This document shows positions 1-12,266 of a DNA stretch of 64,000 bases, one piece after another (within the stretch, counting starts at the first letter, position 1; each line of letters starts with the position of its first letter). The DNA lies in sequence record PZ452583.1; one strand, 5' to 3'. A program made the translations under genes and the position numbers. Origin of the DNA: a phage. Below the pieces are notes generated by a model. That model was not told the origin of the DNA. It was given only the letters and a program-made list of their open reading frames with translations, and made no database searches.

Positions 1-218
1 TTACCAAGAATCAAAGTTTTTAATTCGTATGTATCTCCAGTAAAAAAGTTAGTTAACATTATTTTCCAAGAGAAATCATCAGAAGGACCTTCAGGAGTCA
101 TACAATCTACAAATTCAAATTGTTCTTTATATAAATGCCACTGAAGTTCTTTAGTTTCGATAGCTTTATAGCCGTCGTGATCTTTACCTTTGATGTATGA
201 GTTAAGATTGATTTTCAT
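1..218 (-). CDS. Hypothetical protein, 5' part only (runs off left edge); T4 30.x-region ORF
   Basis: ATG at ~218 preceded by AAGGAGAA SD; open frame to position 1 with no stop; not in ORF track because no stop in window. Confidence 0.5.
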   Translation of the reverse strand, partial: MKINLNSYIKGKDHDGYKAIETKELQWHLYKEQFEFVDCMTPEGPSDDFSWKIMLTNFFTGDTYELKTLILG

Positions 219-292
219 TTTATTCTCCTTTGTTTGTGTAAGATAATACTATCACAAAGGAACCATACTGTAAACAACTTTGTGCAATCTTT

Positions 293-323
293 GGAAAATA
301 AAAAAGGACTCCCGAAGGAGTCC
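293..323 (-). terminator. Rho-independent terminator, GGACUCC-UUCG-GGAGUCC hairpin plus U-run
   Basis: Perfect 7-bp stem with UUCG tetraloop on minus-strand RNA followed by T-run; immediately downstream of ORF 329..547. Confidence 0.7.
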
Positions 324-328
324 TCAAC

Positions 329-547
329 TTATGCTTTCTGCTTACCAAAACGAGAAGCATCATCTCGAAGAACCGCACGTGCTCGGCGCATGATCTTCTC
401 AACAGTTTGATTGATACGAGAGTTCGACCCGCGCTTGTAACCAGCGCGTTTAGAATCACCAACTTTCTTTTCAACTGCTTTCTTTGCTTTAGCTTGTTTT
501 GCCATTATAAATTCTCTTTTAAATGAAAATGCAGGACTTATTGGCAT
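329..547 (-). CDS. Small lysine-rich hypothetical protein (alternative start at ~505 gives 58 aa)
   Basis: ORF track; basic K/R-rich product; followed by terminator; start codon uncertain. Confidence 0.5.
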   Translation of the reverse strand: MPISPAFSFKREFIMAKQAKAKKAVEKKVGDSKRAGYKRGSNSRINQTVEKIMRRARAVLRDDASRFGKQKA

Positions 548-748
548 TGCCTGCGCAAGCCCTCAAGGGGAACATAGGTTTTGAATATTTACCGACAGGA
601 TAACCATAAACCCGTCATCATTCACATTCAAGAGGTACACCATAAAACTGCCGGGGTCTTAAAACTATAATGATTCGCAAATCATTAATCAGACAGTTCG
701 ATGGCTCCTCGATTTTAGCTCACACTAAGGCAGTGAATCTCCAATAAA

Positions 749-997
749 TTACTTCAATGTTACCACAAAGTGACGAACTGCTTTTCGTGCAGCAGAAGCC
801 AGAGGCTTGGCATATTTAAGTTCATCTTTTTCCTGAAGCTCAGCAGCTAATGCAGTTTGAGCAGGATTTAGATGTTTGAAATAACGCAGGATTTCAAGAG
901 CTTCGGCTTCAACATCAATAGATGCGCCATAGTTTTCGTGACCATTATTCCATGCGTTTCGTTGCAGTTCAAGAGCGTGTTGTAATTGTTTAATCAT
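749..997 (-). CDS. rIII: rIII lysis-inhibition accessory protein
   Basis: 82 aa, length and sequence match recalled T4 RIII; position between 30.x and 31. Confidence 0.85.
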   Translation of the reverse strand: MIKQLQHALELQRNAWNNGHENYGASIDVEAEALEILRYFKHLNPAQTALAAELQEKDELKYAKPLASAARKAVRHFVVTLK

Positions 998-1136
998 TTA
1001 AAAATTCTCGTTAGAGATTAAAACTCGGTAGTCACGTTCTTCTGAATTTCATCTTCTTTCGACAGATCTCTCAGTTGTAGACTACCACATAGAATTGTTC
1101 GGTTAACTTATTATTCCGACACCCAATTCATATTAT

Positions 1137-1144
1137 TATTTATA
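1137..1144 (-). promoter_or_regulatory. T4-type late promoter core TATAAATA
   Basis: Exact TATAAATA on minus strand just downstream of gene 31 stop, upstream of rIII. Confidence 0.45.
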
Positions 1145-1480
1145 TCACTTATAAAGACACGGAATAGCTTTATAGTGACAGGTAACGAATTTTTGTTTAA
1201 TTTCTTTTGGCTGCTTAAGACCCAGAGCTACAAAAGGATGCGGAACGTTTCGAATTTGACCAACTGGAAGAGAAGTCAAATCACCAACTTCGCAGAAACC
1301 TTCAGGAACATCAGGACCAACAGAGTGAACTACACACAGTTCAGGAACTTCACCTTGAACACGTTTACCGATAATAAGTCCTGATTCTGTAACTTCTTCA
1401 TCACCGGCTTGTGCAGGTTCAGAAACTAAAATAACATATTCACCGACAGCACGAATTGGTAGCTGTTGTACTTCAGACAT
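1145..1480 (-). CDS. 31: gp31 co-chaperonin (GroES functional homolog for capsid folding)
   Basis: 111 aa; sequence [19 protein letters not shown]... matches recalled T4 gp31; SD AAGGA upstream. Confidence 0.92.
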
Positions 1481-1536
1481 CGTTTTTCCTTTTTGTTAAC
1501 AGATGAATTAATAATAACAAATAATTCTTAAAGCAT

Positions 1537-1845
1537 TTATTTACCAATAAATTGAAGCAAATGCTCAACTTTCATACCATTAACAGAAATCAATTTGTCA
1601 ATAGAAAAACCTCGCCATGCACCAAGCTCAACATCAAACACTGGAATCATGTCAGTAGATTCTTTCCGAGTAGATTCAGTCAATTTACCAGTTTGCATGG
1701 TTGGCATAAAGTCAGCATCGCGAGTACCTTTCATAGTACGAATAGTACCATCAGACTTTTCAAAAACTACGTTTGAAATACCCATGGACAATTTAGTTTT
1801 CAAAATTTCACGAATTGCCACTTTCTGTTCAGTTGTCAGTTTCAT
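1537..1845 (-). CDS. Hypothetical protein (T4 31.1-like)
   Basis: ORF track, 102 aa, compact packing in minus-strand early block. Confidence 0.6.
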   Translation of the reverse strand: MKLTTEQKVAIREILKTKLSMGISNVVFEKSDGTIRTMKGTRDADFMPTMQTGKLTESTRKESTDMIPVFDVELGAWRGFSIDKLISVNGMKVEHLLQFIGK

Positions 1846-2082
1846 TTATTTACCTATTACAGTTTTAATATGAGTTGTTCCACGTTCTTTAAGGGTGGAA
1901 AGTAATTTTTGGCATTTTTCTAAATCAGATTTCCAACTATATGGTCTATCAATACTAGTCCAATCAGTTTTATAATACTGTTTCCATTTAGAGAAAAAAT
2001 ATTTCTTATACTCTACAGCAAACGAGATGTTCTCGTTAGAATAAGAACTAATTGCTGTAAGCTTTACCAAACGAAATTTCAT
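1846..2082 (-). CDS. Hypothetical protein (T4 31.2-like)
   Basis: ORF track, 78 aa, abuts cd. Confidence 0.55.
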   Translation of the reverse strand: MKFRLVKLTAISSYSNENISFAVEYKKYFFSKWKQYYKTDWTSIDRPYSWKSDLEKCQKLLSTLKERGTTHIKTVIGK

Positions 2083-2663
2083 TATTCACCACAGAATTCG
2101 TTGATATTTTCCCAGTTTAACTTATTCAAGTTTTTCTTAGGAACATTAAACACTTCAATACCTGCATTTCGCAGAATATCATCCCAACCAGGTTTATTTT
2201 TATCGTATGTTTCGCAATAAACCAGCTTTTTAATACCAGATTGAGCTATCGCTTTTGCACAATCTGGACAAGGAGAAAGTGTTACATACATAGTAGCACC
2301 TTCAATAGAAGAACCATTTCGTGCAGCAAATAAAATTGCATTTAGTTCAGCATGAATTTCATTTTTAGATGACCATTCCGAGTGAGCACTACGATGTTCT
2401 TTTGCCAAGACAAAACGATCAGTTGAACCAAATGATACACATTCGGGCTTATGACCTTGGATGATAGTATGTTTAGGTTTATTCAGCAACCAACCTTGCT
2501 CGGCGGCATAATCACAACAGTTCACACCACCAGCAGGTGAACCATTATATCCGGTAGAAATAATACGTCCATTCTTTTCAATTACTGCTCCTACCTTCCA
2601 GGAGCAACATTTTGATTCTTGTGATACTAAATATGCAATTTGAAGTACTGTACTCGCTTTCAT
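2082..2663 (-). CDS. cd: dCMP deaminase
   Basis: 193 aa; zinc-binding deaminase motifs HAELNAI and PCPDC; length equals T4 Cd. Confidence 0.93.
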   Translation of the reverse strand: MKASTVLQIAYLVSQESKCCSWKVGAVIEKNGRIISTGYNGSPAGGVNCCDYAAEQGWLLNKPKHTIIQGHKPECVSFGSTDRFVLAKEHRSAHSEWSSKNEIHAELNAILFAARNGSSIEGATMYVTLSPCPDCAKAIAQSGIKKLVYCETYDKNKPGWDDILRNAGIEVFNVPKKNLNKLNWENINEFCGE

Positions 2664-2998
2664 TTCATAATCACCAAATAAGCAGATTTAGCAGTTTCAA
2701 CACGATAAATTTCGTGACGAAGTTTAGTTATACTTTTAATAACAGAACTAATTATATTCTGCCCATCTTTAAAGCGGTTTTTCTTATCAATAAAAATTGC
2801 GCCAACCATCTTTTTGTGAAGCTCAACTGGATACTTCGTCACAATAATAGCATCATATACGGAAGGATGAATACTATTCACCAGAGTGTCATTCATTAAA
2901 GTTATTCTAATGAACTGAGCTGTTTCAGAGTCAAGCGCTCTATGATCGCCAGTATCATTTTCAAGACAATTATCAATTATATCAGTTAAATTCATCAT
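2660..2998 (-). CDS. Hypothetical protein (cd.x)
   Basis: ORF track 112 aa; stop overlaps cd start (ATGA). Confidence 0.6.
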   Translation of the reverse strand: MMNLTDIIDNCLENDTGDHRALDSETAQFIRITLMNDTLVNSIHPSVYDAIIVTKYPVELHKKMVGAIFIDKKNRFKDGQNIISSVIKSITKLRHEIYRVETAKSAYLVIMK

Positions 2999-3234
2999 AG
3001 TACGCCATACACCCTTTGTGCTTCAACTAATCCATCAAAATCCAATTTGAGATGTGTTATTTGATCACCATCACCTGGATTCACAATTACTAATACTGAA
3101 CGAGGAGTTTCGGTAATAACACGAACTGATGTTTCAGGAAATCGTTCAGAAACCTTATTTACCAATTCCTGTGCAAATAGCTTAACTTTTTCTTGGAATT
3201 CTTTAACAGTAATCGGTTTTTCACTTAGCAGCAT
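2995..3234 (-). CDS. Hypothetical protein (cd.x)
   Basis: ORF track 79 aa; early promoter immediately upstream. Confidence 0.6.
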   Translation of the reverse strand: MLLSEKPITVKEFQEKVKLFAQELVNKVSERFPETSVRVITETPRSVLVIVNPGDGDQITHLKLDFDGLVEAQRVYGVL

Positions 3235-3263
3235 TTTGTTTTCCTCATTTGTTTGGTAGAGCT

Positions 3264-3293
3264 ATAATATCACAACTCTACCATAAAGTAAAC
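3264..3293 (-). promoter_or_regulatory. T4-type early promoter (GTTTAC -35, 18-nt spacer, TATTAT -10)
   Basis: Minus-strand read GTTTAC...TATTAT with A/T-rich upstream; upstream of ORF 2995..3234. Confidence 0.6.
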
Positions 3294-3295
3294 TA

Positions 3296-3571
3296 TTAAA
3301 TTGCTTTGAATTCTGCTGTCTGCGATTCAAAACGAATATCGCCTTTGATAACTAGCTCAGCATCAAGACCGAATACAACAATGATATGCGCGGAACCTGG
3401 ATACAACGTAATTGCAATAGAATCCACCTGGTCTGGAAGCAAAGTGTTCAATACATGAGTCACTTGAGCATGGATTCGAAGCTCGGCTGCGTTATCAAGC
3501 TTTTCAAACATGTTATTAGCGATAATTTGGCTAAACACTACTTCTACGATTTTAGAGTAAGTCGGAAACAT
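3296..3571 (-). CDS. Hypothetical protein (cd.x); start corrected to SD-preceded ATG
   Basis: Track ORF 3296..3601; internal ATG at 3571 has GAGGTAAAT SD and overlaps upstream stop. Confidence 0.55.
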   Translation of the reverse strand: MFPTYSKIVEVVFSQIIANNMFEKLDNAAELRIHAQVTHVLNTLLPDQVDSIAITLYPGSAHIIVVFGLDAELVIKGDIRFESQTAEFKAI

Positions 3572-3573
3572 AT

Positions 3574-3774
3574 TTACCTCACATAATTTTCTTCGAGCCA
3601 ATCAATAACATCCAAAGCGTTATCAAAAGTTGAACCATCTACTTTGTCTTCTGTTTCATAATCAAGAACATCTAAACCTACTCTTCCATTAACAATAGGC
3701 CATAAACAAAACAGGTATTTCTTTTCTTTTTCAATTTTATCACAAAGACGATAAATCTTTTCTAGATTATTCAT
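3574..3774 (-). CDS. Hypothetical protein (cd.x)
   Basis: ORF track 66 aa. Confidence 0.5.
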   Translation of the reverse strand: MNNLEKIYRLCDKIEKEKKYLFCLWPIVNGRVGLDVLDYETEDKVDGSTFDNALDVIDWLEENYVR

Positions 3775-3963
3775 AAGTTTTCCACGGTAAAGGCAGTTTA
3801 GTTTTCTTTACTGTTAGTTCAACATCGGGATTCTTTTCTCTTAATTTAAGACATTCCTCCCAAGCTCTGATTTCACTAGTGAAAACACAAAATTGACCAT
3901 TACTAGTACCAACTAAACCGCTATTTACAATAACAATAGCCCAAGTTTCATGATGCAAAGCCA

Positions 3964-3964
<1 letters not shown>
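3767..3964 (-). CDS. Hypothetical protein (cd.x)
   Basis: ORF track 65 aa. Confidence 0.5.
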
Positions 3965-5167
<1,203 letters not shown>

Positions 5168-5171
<4 letters not shown>

Positions 5172-5398
5172 TTATTTTTCTCAACCAATGATTGAATATA
5201 ATCATGTAGGTCTTTAGATGCTTTACCCCACTTATTTTGGTATTCATTTTTAAGATTAGCACGTGATTGAGCTAATAAAACATCATTAGTTGGAGGTAAA
5301 GATTCTAACCGCTGAATCTGGCGTCCATAAATCATTGCAGCCATCTCGGATTCATAAATCAATCCTTTGAGATGTTCAAATTGATGCCACGAAATCAT
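5168..5398 (-). CDS. Hypothetical protein (pseT.x)
   Basis: ORF track 76 aa. Confidence 0.5.
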
Positions 5399-5694
5399 TT
5401 ACATTTATCCTCTTTTAACTCTTGACGATAATAACATATCATAGTTTTCTGGTCATGTACATATCGTTTTACATCATTAAGCCAAATACGAAATTCCTGG
5501 GAATCTTCAAATGGCATACCGACCCAAGCTTTACCATCGATAACTTTAACTTGCCAAGATAGTTTAGCTTCGTCATATGACTTTATTTGCACAGGCCAAT
5601 TGGGATGAACTGTTTCTTTCTTTACTTCTAGAGGCTTTGTAGAACAACCAACTAGAAGACCAATAGATAATATTACTGCTAATAGTTTAATCAT
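5395..5694 (-). CDS. Putative lipoprotein (signal peptide with LVGC lipobox)
   Basis: N-terminal MIKLLAVILSIGLLVGCS, hydrophobic leader plus Cys lipobox. Confidence 0.6.
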   Translation of the reverse strand: MIKLLAVILSIGLLVGCSTKPLEVKKETVHPNWPVQIKSYDEAKLSWQVKVIDGKAWVGMPFEDSQEFRIWLNDVKRYVHDQKTMICYYRQELKEDKCK

Positions 5695-6044
5695 TTAGAA
5701 AGGTCCTGGATGTCTTCTGCGAACTTGTTGAAGGAGTTGTTGATTTGTTTTTCAACCAATCCTGGCTTATGAGCCACCACATCCGCCTTCTTTGCGTCTT
5801 TGCGCAGCTTTTCATTTTCACGCTCAATAGCAGCAATTGCCTCACGATTTTTATTATTCATCGCATCAATATAATTATACTGAATTCGCAAATTATTTAA
5901 TGCTAAAGCGTTTTCATTGGCCGTTTTTGTAATTTCTACAACAGACGTTTCTAATCTTTCAATTTTATTTTTTAAAATTAAAGAAGTTCCGCCCAATGCA
6001 ATTACAATTAATAACAAGCCTGCTGTCGTATTACTTAATTGCAT
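5691..6044 (-). CDS. Membrane-anchored coiled-coil hypothetical protein (pseT.x)
   Basis: N-terminal TM segment AGLLLIVIALGG, charged helical remainder. Confidence 0.55.
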   Translation of the reverse strand: MQLSNTTAGLLLIVIALGGTSLILKNKIERLETSVVEITKTANENALALNNLRIQYNYIDAMNNKNREAIAAIERENEKLRKDAKKADVVAHKPGLVEKQINNSFNKFAEDIQDLSK

Positions 6045-6541
6045 AAAGTTTTAATAACCTCTATAATATCGTCTTGAGAAAGACCGTTAATTAAAATATG
6101 ATGTTCAGCCGGAGATTTAGAAATTTTAAAGCATGCCTCAACATCTTCTGCCATATCCGATGCACTACGATTTGGATTACTAATTCCAAGACGATGCTTT
6201 CCAGTCAAAGGATTAACGATGATATAGCATTTGCAGCTATTGATATGAACATTAGGCTGAGTCTGATTAATGAACACTTCGCAATCATACTTAGCGAGTT
6301 GATTTTCTAAAAAGACTTTCATCTCTTCAACCGCATCAGGAAGCATATCACGGGCTTGCTCAAGACGACGATTTCGATATTCTTTAATGGTCGTTTTCCG
6401 CTTGACTTGCTTAGCTAAATCTTTCTTAAGATCGGTGATATATCCAACTCGACGATTTCCTTTGAATACAGAAATCCCATCTGTAGTATCACCGTATGCT
6501 TCAACGACCATTTCAGTAGTAATAAGCTGCAAATCCATCAT
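6035..6541 (-). CDS. alc: Alc, inhibitor of host transcription on cytosine DNA
   Basis: 167-168 aa; position between pseT block and rnlA as in T4; length match. Confidence 0.8.
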   Translation of the reverse strand: MMDLQLITTEMVVEAYGDTTDGISVFKGNRRVGYITDLKKDLAKQVKRKTTIKEYRNRRLEQARDMLPDAVEEMKVFLENQLAKYDCEVFINQTQPNVHINSCKCYIIVNPLTGKHRLGISNPNRSASDMAEDVEACFKISKSPAEHHILINGLSQDDIIEVIKTLCN

Positions 6542-6569
6542 AAAGTCCTCATGTTATGTTAGTAAGACT

Positions 6570-6599
6570 ACTATAACACAACACGAGGGACTTGTAAAC
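6570..6599 (-). promoter_or_regulatory. T4-type early promoter (GTTTAC / TATAGT)
   Basis: GTTTAC, 18-nt spacer, TATAGT on minus strand upstream of alc. Confidence 0.6.
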
Positions 6600-6602
6600 A
6601 GC

Positions 6603-8190
<1,588 letters not shown>

Positions 8191-8217
8191 AATAAAATGG
8201 GCCTTGCGGCCCACTCC

Positions 8218-9396
8218 TTAAAAGTATTTTTTAAAACTCATCATAACTTTATCATCAACATCATTATCAATCTGTGCTACAAGGTAAGATGACAGTTCTA
8301 CTTCTTGCGGTGCAGATTGAACATTATCAGAATTAAGATATTCACGAATCCAAGGATATGGATGTTTAACCGGAGCATCGGTAATTGGGCATGGAAGACC
8401 GCACTGTTTCATACGAGATACAGTTAAGTAATCAATAAAGCTCCACATGCTATTTGTATTTAATCCAGGAACATCACCATCTTTAAATAAATGAACTGCC
8501 CAATCTTTTTCTTGGCGGTTAACTTCCATGAAAATATCAACTGCTTCTTGTTCACACTCTTTGGCAATTTTAACCCATTCATCACCATCAGTGCCAAGTT
8601 GAAGTTGACGAATAATATATTGTGTACCTTTAAGATGAAGCTGCTCATCACGTGCAATGAACTTCATAATCTTGGCATTACCTTCCATGATTTCCATGTT
8701 TTTATGGAAGTTAAAGGTACATGCGAAAGATACATAAAAACGAATAGCTTCCAATGCATTGATTACATGCAAACAGAGGTAAAGAGATTTCATTAGCTCA
8801 CGCTTCCAATATGTCTCATGCTCTATGGCATCTTCAATAACGTCTTCGTCTGCATTAATTTCTTTTTGGTATTCGATATCAGCTTTAGCGTTTTCCCAAT
8901 AACGAGTTTTAATCAGAACATCATCATAATAACGTCCAATAGATTCAGCACGTTTCATAATAGCTTCATCTAATACAATTTCATCAAATACCTTCGATGG
9001 ATCAGTATAAAGATTTCGCATGATATGTGTATATGAACGGCTGTGAATAGTTTCACTAAAAGTCCATGTAGCAACCCATGTATCAAGACTTGGGTCTGAA
9101 ATTAACGACATAAGTACAGCAGATGGTGCACGACCCTGAATGCTATCCAAAAGTGATTGATACTTCAAGTTGTTAGTAAAAATATCTTGCTGATATTGAG
9201 GAAGCTTGTTAAATTGCGCAGCATCCATCATTAAGTTTACTTCTTCAGGACGCCAGAAAAATGACAACTGCTTTTCGGTTAAATCTTCAAAAACTTTATG
9301 ACGTTGAATATCATAACGCGCAATACCAAGACCTGAACCAAAAAACATAGGTTCTTTTAAAACATCAACTGGATTTGTATTAAAAACTGTGCTCAT
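8218..9396 (-). CDS. nrdB: Ribonucleotide reductase small subunit, intronless
   Basis: 392 aa continuous ORF; di-iron R2 family by position and size; no intron or I-TevIII. Confidence 0.9.
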   Translation of the reverse strand: MSTVFNTNPVDVLKEPMFFGSGLGIARYDIQRHKVFEDLTEKQLSFFWRPEEVNLMMDAAQFNKLPQYQQDIFTNNLKYQSLLDSIQGRAPSAVLMSLISDPSLDTWVATWTFSETIHSRSYTHIMRNLYTDPSKVFDEIVLDEAIMKRAESIGRYYDDVLIKTRYWENAKADIEYQKEINADEDVIEDAIEHETYWKRELMKSLYLCLHVINALEAIRFYVSFACTFNFHKNMEIMEGNAKIMKFIARDEQLHLKGTQYIIRQLQLGTDGDEWVKIAKECEQEAVDIFMEVNRQEKDWAVHLFKDGDVPGLNTNSMWSFIDYLTVSRMKQCGLPCPITDAPVKHPYPWIREYLNSDNVQSAPQEVELSSYLVAQIDNDVDDKVMMSFKKYF

Positions 9397-9447
9397 AAAT
9401 TTTCCGCTTAGTTAATAGTTAGTGACTCGTCCGTGAGTCAAATTATA

Positions 9448-11712
9448 TCATAATTTACAGGATGAACAATCTTCAGCTTTTGGAGTTTCTATTTCATAAT
9501 CATCAGTACCAGAACCATCGCGGGTATTATGATAATAGAAATTTTTTCCGCCAAAATACCAAAAATACAAAAGGTCATCAATCATTATTGACATTGGAAC
9601 CTTTCCTTTTGGAAAAATCTGCGGGTCATAATATGTATTCGCCGAAGCTGATTGACAAACCCATTTCAGCATAATAGCTACCTGCGTAAGATAAGGTTTA
9701 TTACCTTTCTTAGCTAATTTCCATGTATAATCATAGAGGTCTATGTTATGCTCAATATTGGGCACGACTTGATTAAAGGAGCCCTCTTTTGATTCTTTAA
9801 CAGAGACTGGTCCACGTGGAGGCTCGATACCGTTTGTACTGTTAGAAACTTGGGAAGATGACTCACATGGCATAAGTGCTGATAATGTGCTATTACGGAT
9901 GCCAAAGAGCTTAAGGTCTTCCCGCAGCGCCGACCAGTCACAAACGTATTTTGGAGCTGCGATTTGGTCAATCTTTTTATTGTACCAGTCGATAGGTAAT
10001 TCGCCTCGAGACCAACGAGTGTCTGAATAATATTCGCAAGGTCCTTTTTCTTTGGCGAGCTTAATGGATGCTTTAATGAGTCCATACTGTAATCTCTCAA
10101 ATAGTTCATGTGTTAAATCGTTAGCATCTTCATAAGAAGCAAAGTTACTTGCCAGCCAAGCTGCATAGTTGGTAACACCTACACCGAGGTTACGACGCTT
10201 TTTAGCTTTTTCTGCTTCAGGAACTGGATATCCTTGGTAATCCAATAGATTATCAAGAGCACGAACTTGAACTTCTGCCAATTCATTAATTTTATCTTGG
10301 TCTTGCCAGTCAAAATTATCTAGTACGAATGCAGAGAGAGTACACAATCCAATTTCAGCATCAGAACTATTCACATCATTTGTTGGAATAGCAATTTCAC
10401 AGCACAAGTTACTCTGACGAATAGGTGCCTTTTCACGAATAAACGGAGTGTAGTTATTCGTATTATCAATGAACTGCACATAAATCCTTGCTGTTCCTGA
10501 ACGTTCAGTCATGAGCAATTCAAATAGTTCACGGGCTTTAATACGCTTTTTACGAATATTAGGGTCTTTTTCTGCTGCTTCGTATAATTCACGGAAACGG
10601 TCTTGGTCTTTAAAATAAGAATAATAAAGCTCGCCACCCATTTCGTGTGGACTGAACAAAGTAATGTAATCGTTCTTTCCGAATCGTTCCATCATCAAAT
10701 CATTCAGCTGAACACCATAATCCATATGACGAATGCGGTTTTCTTCTACGCCTTTGTTATTTTTCAAAACGAGAAGATTTTCAACTTCCAAATGCCAAAT
10801 AGGATAATAAGCAGTAGCAGCGCCGCCACGAATTCCACCCTGTGAACATGATTTAACAGCAGTCTGAAAATGTTTCCAAAAAGGAATAACACCAGTATGG
10901 CGTACTTCACCCATGCCAATCTTAGAACCTTCGGCACGAATCATACCAACGTTAATACCAATTCCAGCACGTTTAGAGATATATTCAACAATTGAAGCGG
11001 AAGCCTTATTGATAGACTTCAATGAATCACCTGCCTCAATAACAACACATGAACTAAACTGCCGAGTTGGAGTACGGCAACCAGCCATAATAGGAGTTGG
11101 CAATGAAATTTGTCGAGTAGATACTGCTTCATAAAAACGGATAACATGTTTTAATCTATCAACAGGTTCATCTTGATGCAGTGCCATTCCAATAGTCATA
11201 AATGCAAACTGTGGAGTTTCATAAATTTGACCAGTGGTTTTATCTTTAACTAAATATTTTTCTTTTAATTGCATCGCCCCGGAATAAGTAAATTCCATAT
11301 CCCGCTCGTGCTTAATTTTTGATTCTAAAAATGTAATTTCTTCTGCTGAATATTTTGACAATAATTCAGAGTCATATTTACCTGCATTTACACAGTAAGA
11401 AATATGGTCAATAAATGAACGTGGTTCATACTGTCCATAAACATGCTTACGAAGAGCAAACATTAAACAGCGTGCAGCTACATATTGATAATCAGGCTCT
11501 TCAACCGAAATAGAATTCGCAGCGGCTTTAATGACAATAGTCTGAATATCATCAGTTGTCATTCCATCACGGAGATAAGATTTAATATTTTCATATAATT
11601 CATAAGGATCTACTGATGTTCCCTCAGCTGCCCAAGATAAAACTTTAATAATTTTTTGTGGGTCAAAGCTCTGAGAAACACCACTACTTTTGATAACATT
11701 AATTAATTGCAT
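9448..11712 (-). CDS. nrdA: Ribonucleotide reductase large subunit
   Basis: 754 aa, equals T4 NrdA; class I RNR catalytic motifs (NLCCEI, CESS). Confidence 0.95.
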   Translation of the reverse strand: MQLINVIKSSGVSQSFDPQKIIKVLSWAAEGTSVDPYELYENIKSYLRDGMTTDDIQTIVIKAAANSISVEEPDYQYVAARCLMFALRKHVYGQYEPRSFIDHISYCVNAGKYDSELLSKYSAEEITFLESKIKHERDMEFTYSGAMQLKEKYLVKDKTTGQIYETPQFAFMTIGMALHQDEPVDRLKHVIRFYEAVSTRQISLPTPIMAGCRTPTRQFSSCVVIEAGDSLKSINKASASIVEYISKRAGIGINVGMIRAEGSKIGMGEVRHTGVIPFWKHFQTAVKSCSQGGIRGGAATAYYPIWHLEVENLLVLKNNKGVEENRIRHMDYGVQLNDLMMERFGKNDYITLFSPHEMGGELYYSYFKDQDRFRELYEAAEKDPNIRKKRIKARELFELLMTERSGTARIYVQFIDNTNNYTPFIREKAPIRQSNLCCEIAIPTNDVNSSDAEIGLCTLSAFVLDNFDWQDQDKINELAEVQVRALDNLLDYQGYPVPEAEKAKKRRNLGVGVTNYAAWLASNFASYEDANDLTHELFERLQYGLIKASIKLAKEKGPCEYYSDTRWSRGELPIDWYNKKIDQIAAPKYVCDWSALREDLKLFGIRNSTLSALMPCESSSQVSNSTNGIEPPRGPVSVKESKEGSFNQVVPNIEHNIDLYDYTWKLAKKGNKPYLTQVAIMLKWVCQSASANTYYDPQIFPKGKVPMSIMIDDLLYFWYFGGKNFYYHNTRDGSGTDDYEIETPKAEDCSSCKL

Positions 11713-12029
11713 AAGTCCTCAACTTGAAAATCGTCTTTAAACAATCGGTTAACTATATGAGCTATTATATCACCATGACACGGCTTTGGTTTACATGTGC
11801 ATCCTAGTCTCATTCCACGTAAAGGCTCTAAATGTGCTTTAGTTATTTCTCCGGATTTAATTCGACGTATAAAATCTTTTTTGAATAATTCAATGGCAGC
11901 CTCCCGGCTGCCAGCATCTTTACCGACGTAATTTCCCCAAAATGTACCACGGTGAATATTAACATCAAAGTCGGATTTATATTTATTCACTACCCGGCAT
12001 AGACGGCCCGCGCGGTTGTAGATGTTCAT
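11703..12029 (-). CDS. Hypothetical protein (nrdA.1-like)
   Basis: ORF track 108 aa; overlaps nrdA start. Confidence 0.6.
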   Translation of the reverse strand: MNIYNRAGRLCRVVNKYKSDFDVNIHRGTFWGNYVGKDAGSREAAIELFKKDFIRRIKSGEITKAHLEPLRGMRLGCTCKPKPCHGDIIAHIVNRLFKDDFQVEDLCN

Positions 12030-12246
12030 ATTGTTCTTCCGTTAAAACAGTAATATCGTAGTAACAGTCAGAAGAAGTTTTAACTGTGGAAATTTTATTA
12101 TCAAAATACTCACGAGTCATTTTATGAGTATAGTATTTTTTACCATAAATGGTAATAGGCTGTTCTGGTCCTGGAACTTCTAACTCGCTTGGGTTAGGAA
12201 GTGTAAAAAGAACAACGCCAGAAGTATCTTTAAATCGTAAAATCAT
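11983..12246 (-). CDS. Hypothetical protein (nrdA.2-like); start corrected to ATG with GAGGA SD
   Basis: Track start is TTG; ATG MILRF... has SD. Confidence 0.55.
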   Translation of the reverse strand: MILRFKDTSGVVLFTLPNPSELEVPGPEQPITIYGKKYYTHKMTREYFDNKISTVKTSSDCYYDITVLTEEQYEHLQPRGPSMPGSE

Positions 12247-12266
12247 ATATCCTCGCAATAATAAAA

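Noticed and set aside
220-474. 84-aa minus-strand ORF overlapping ORF 329..547 and the terminator
   Set aside because: Overlaps a better-supported gene in another frame and runs through the terminator hairpin; likely spurious.
1175-1384. Plus-strand ORFs antisense to gene 31, the 31.x genes and pseT (also 1552..1873, 4442..4741, 4738..4947)
   Set aside because: Embedded antisense within confidently identified minus-strand genes; no RBS; composition consistent with chance ORFs.
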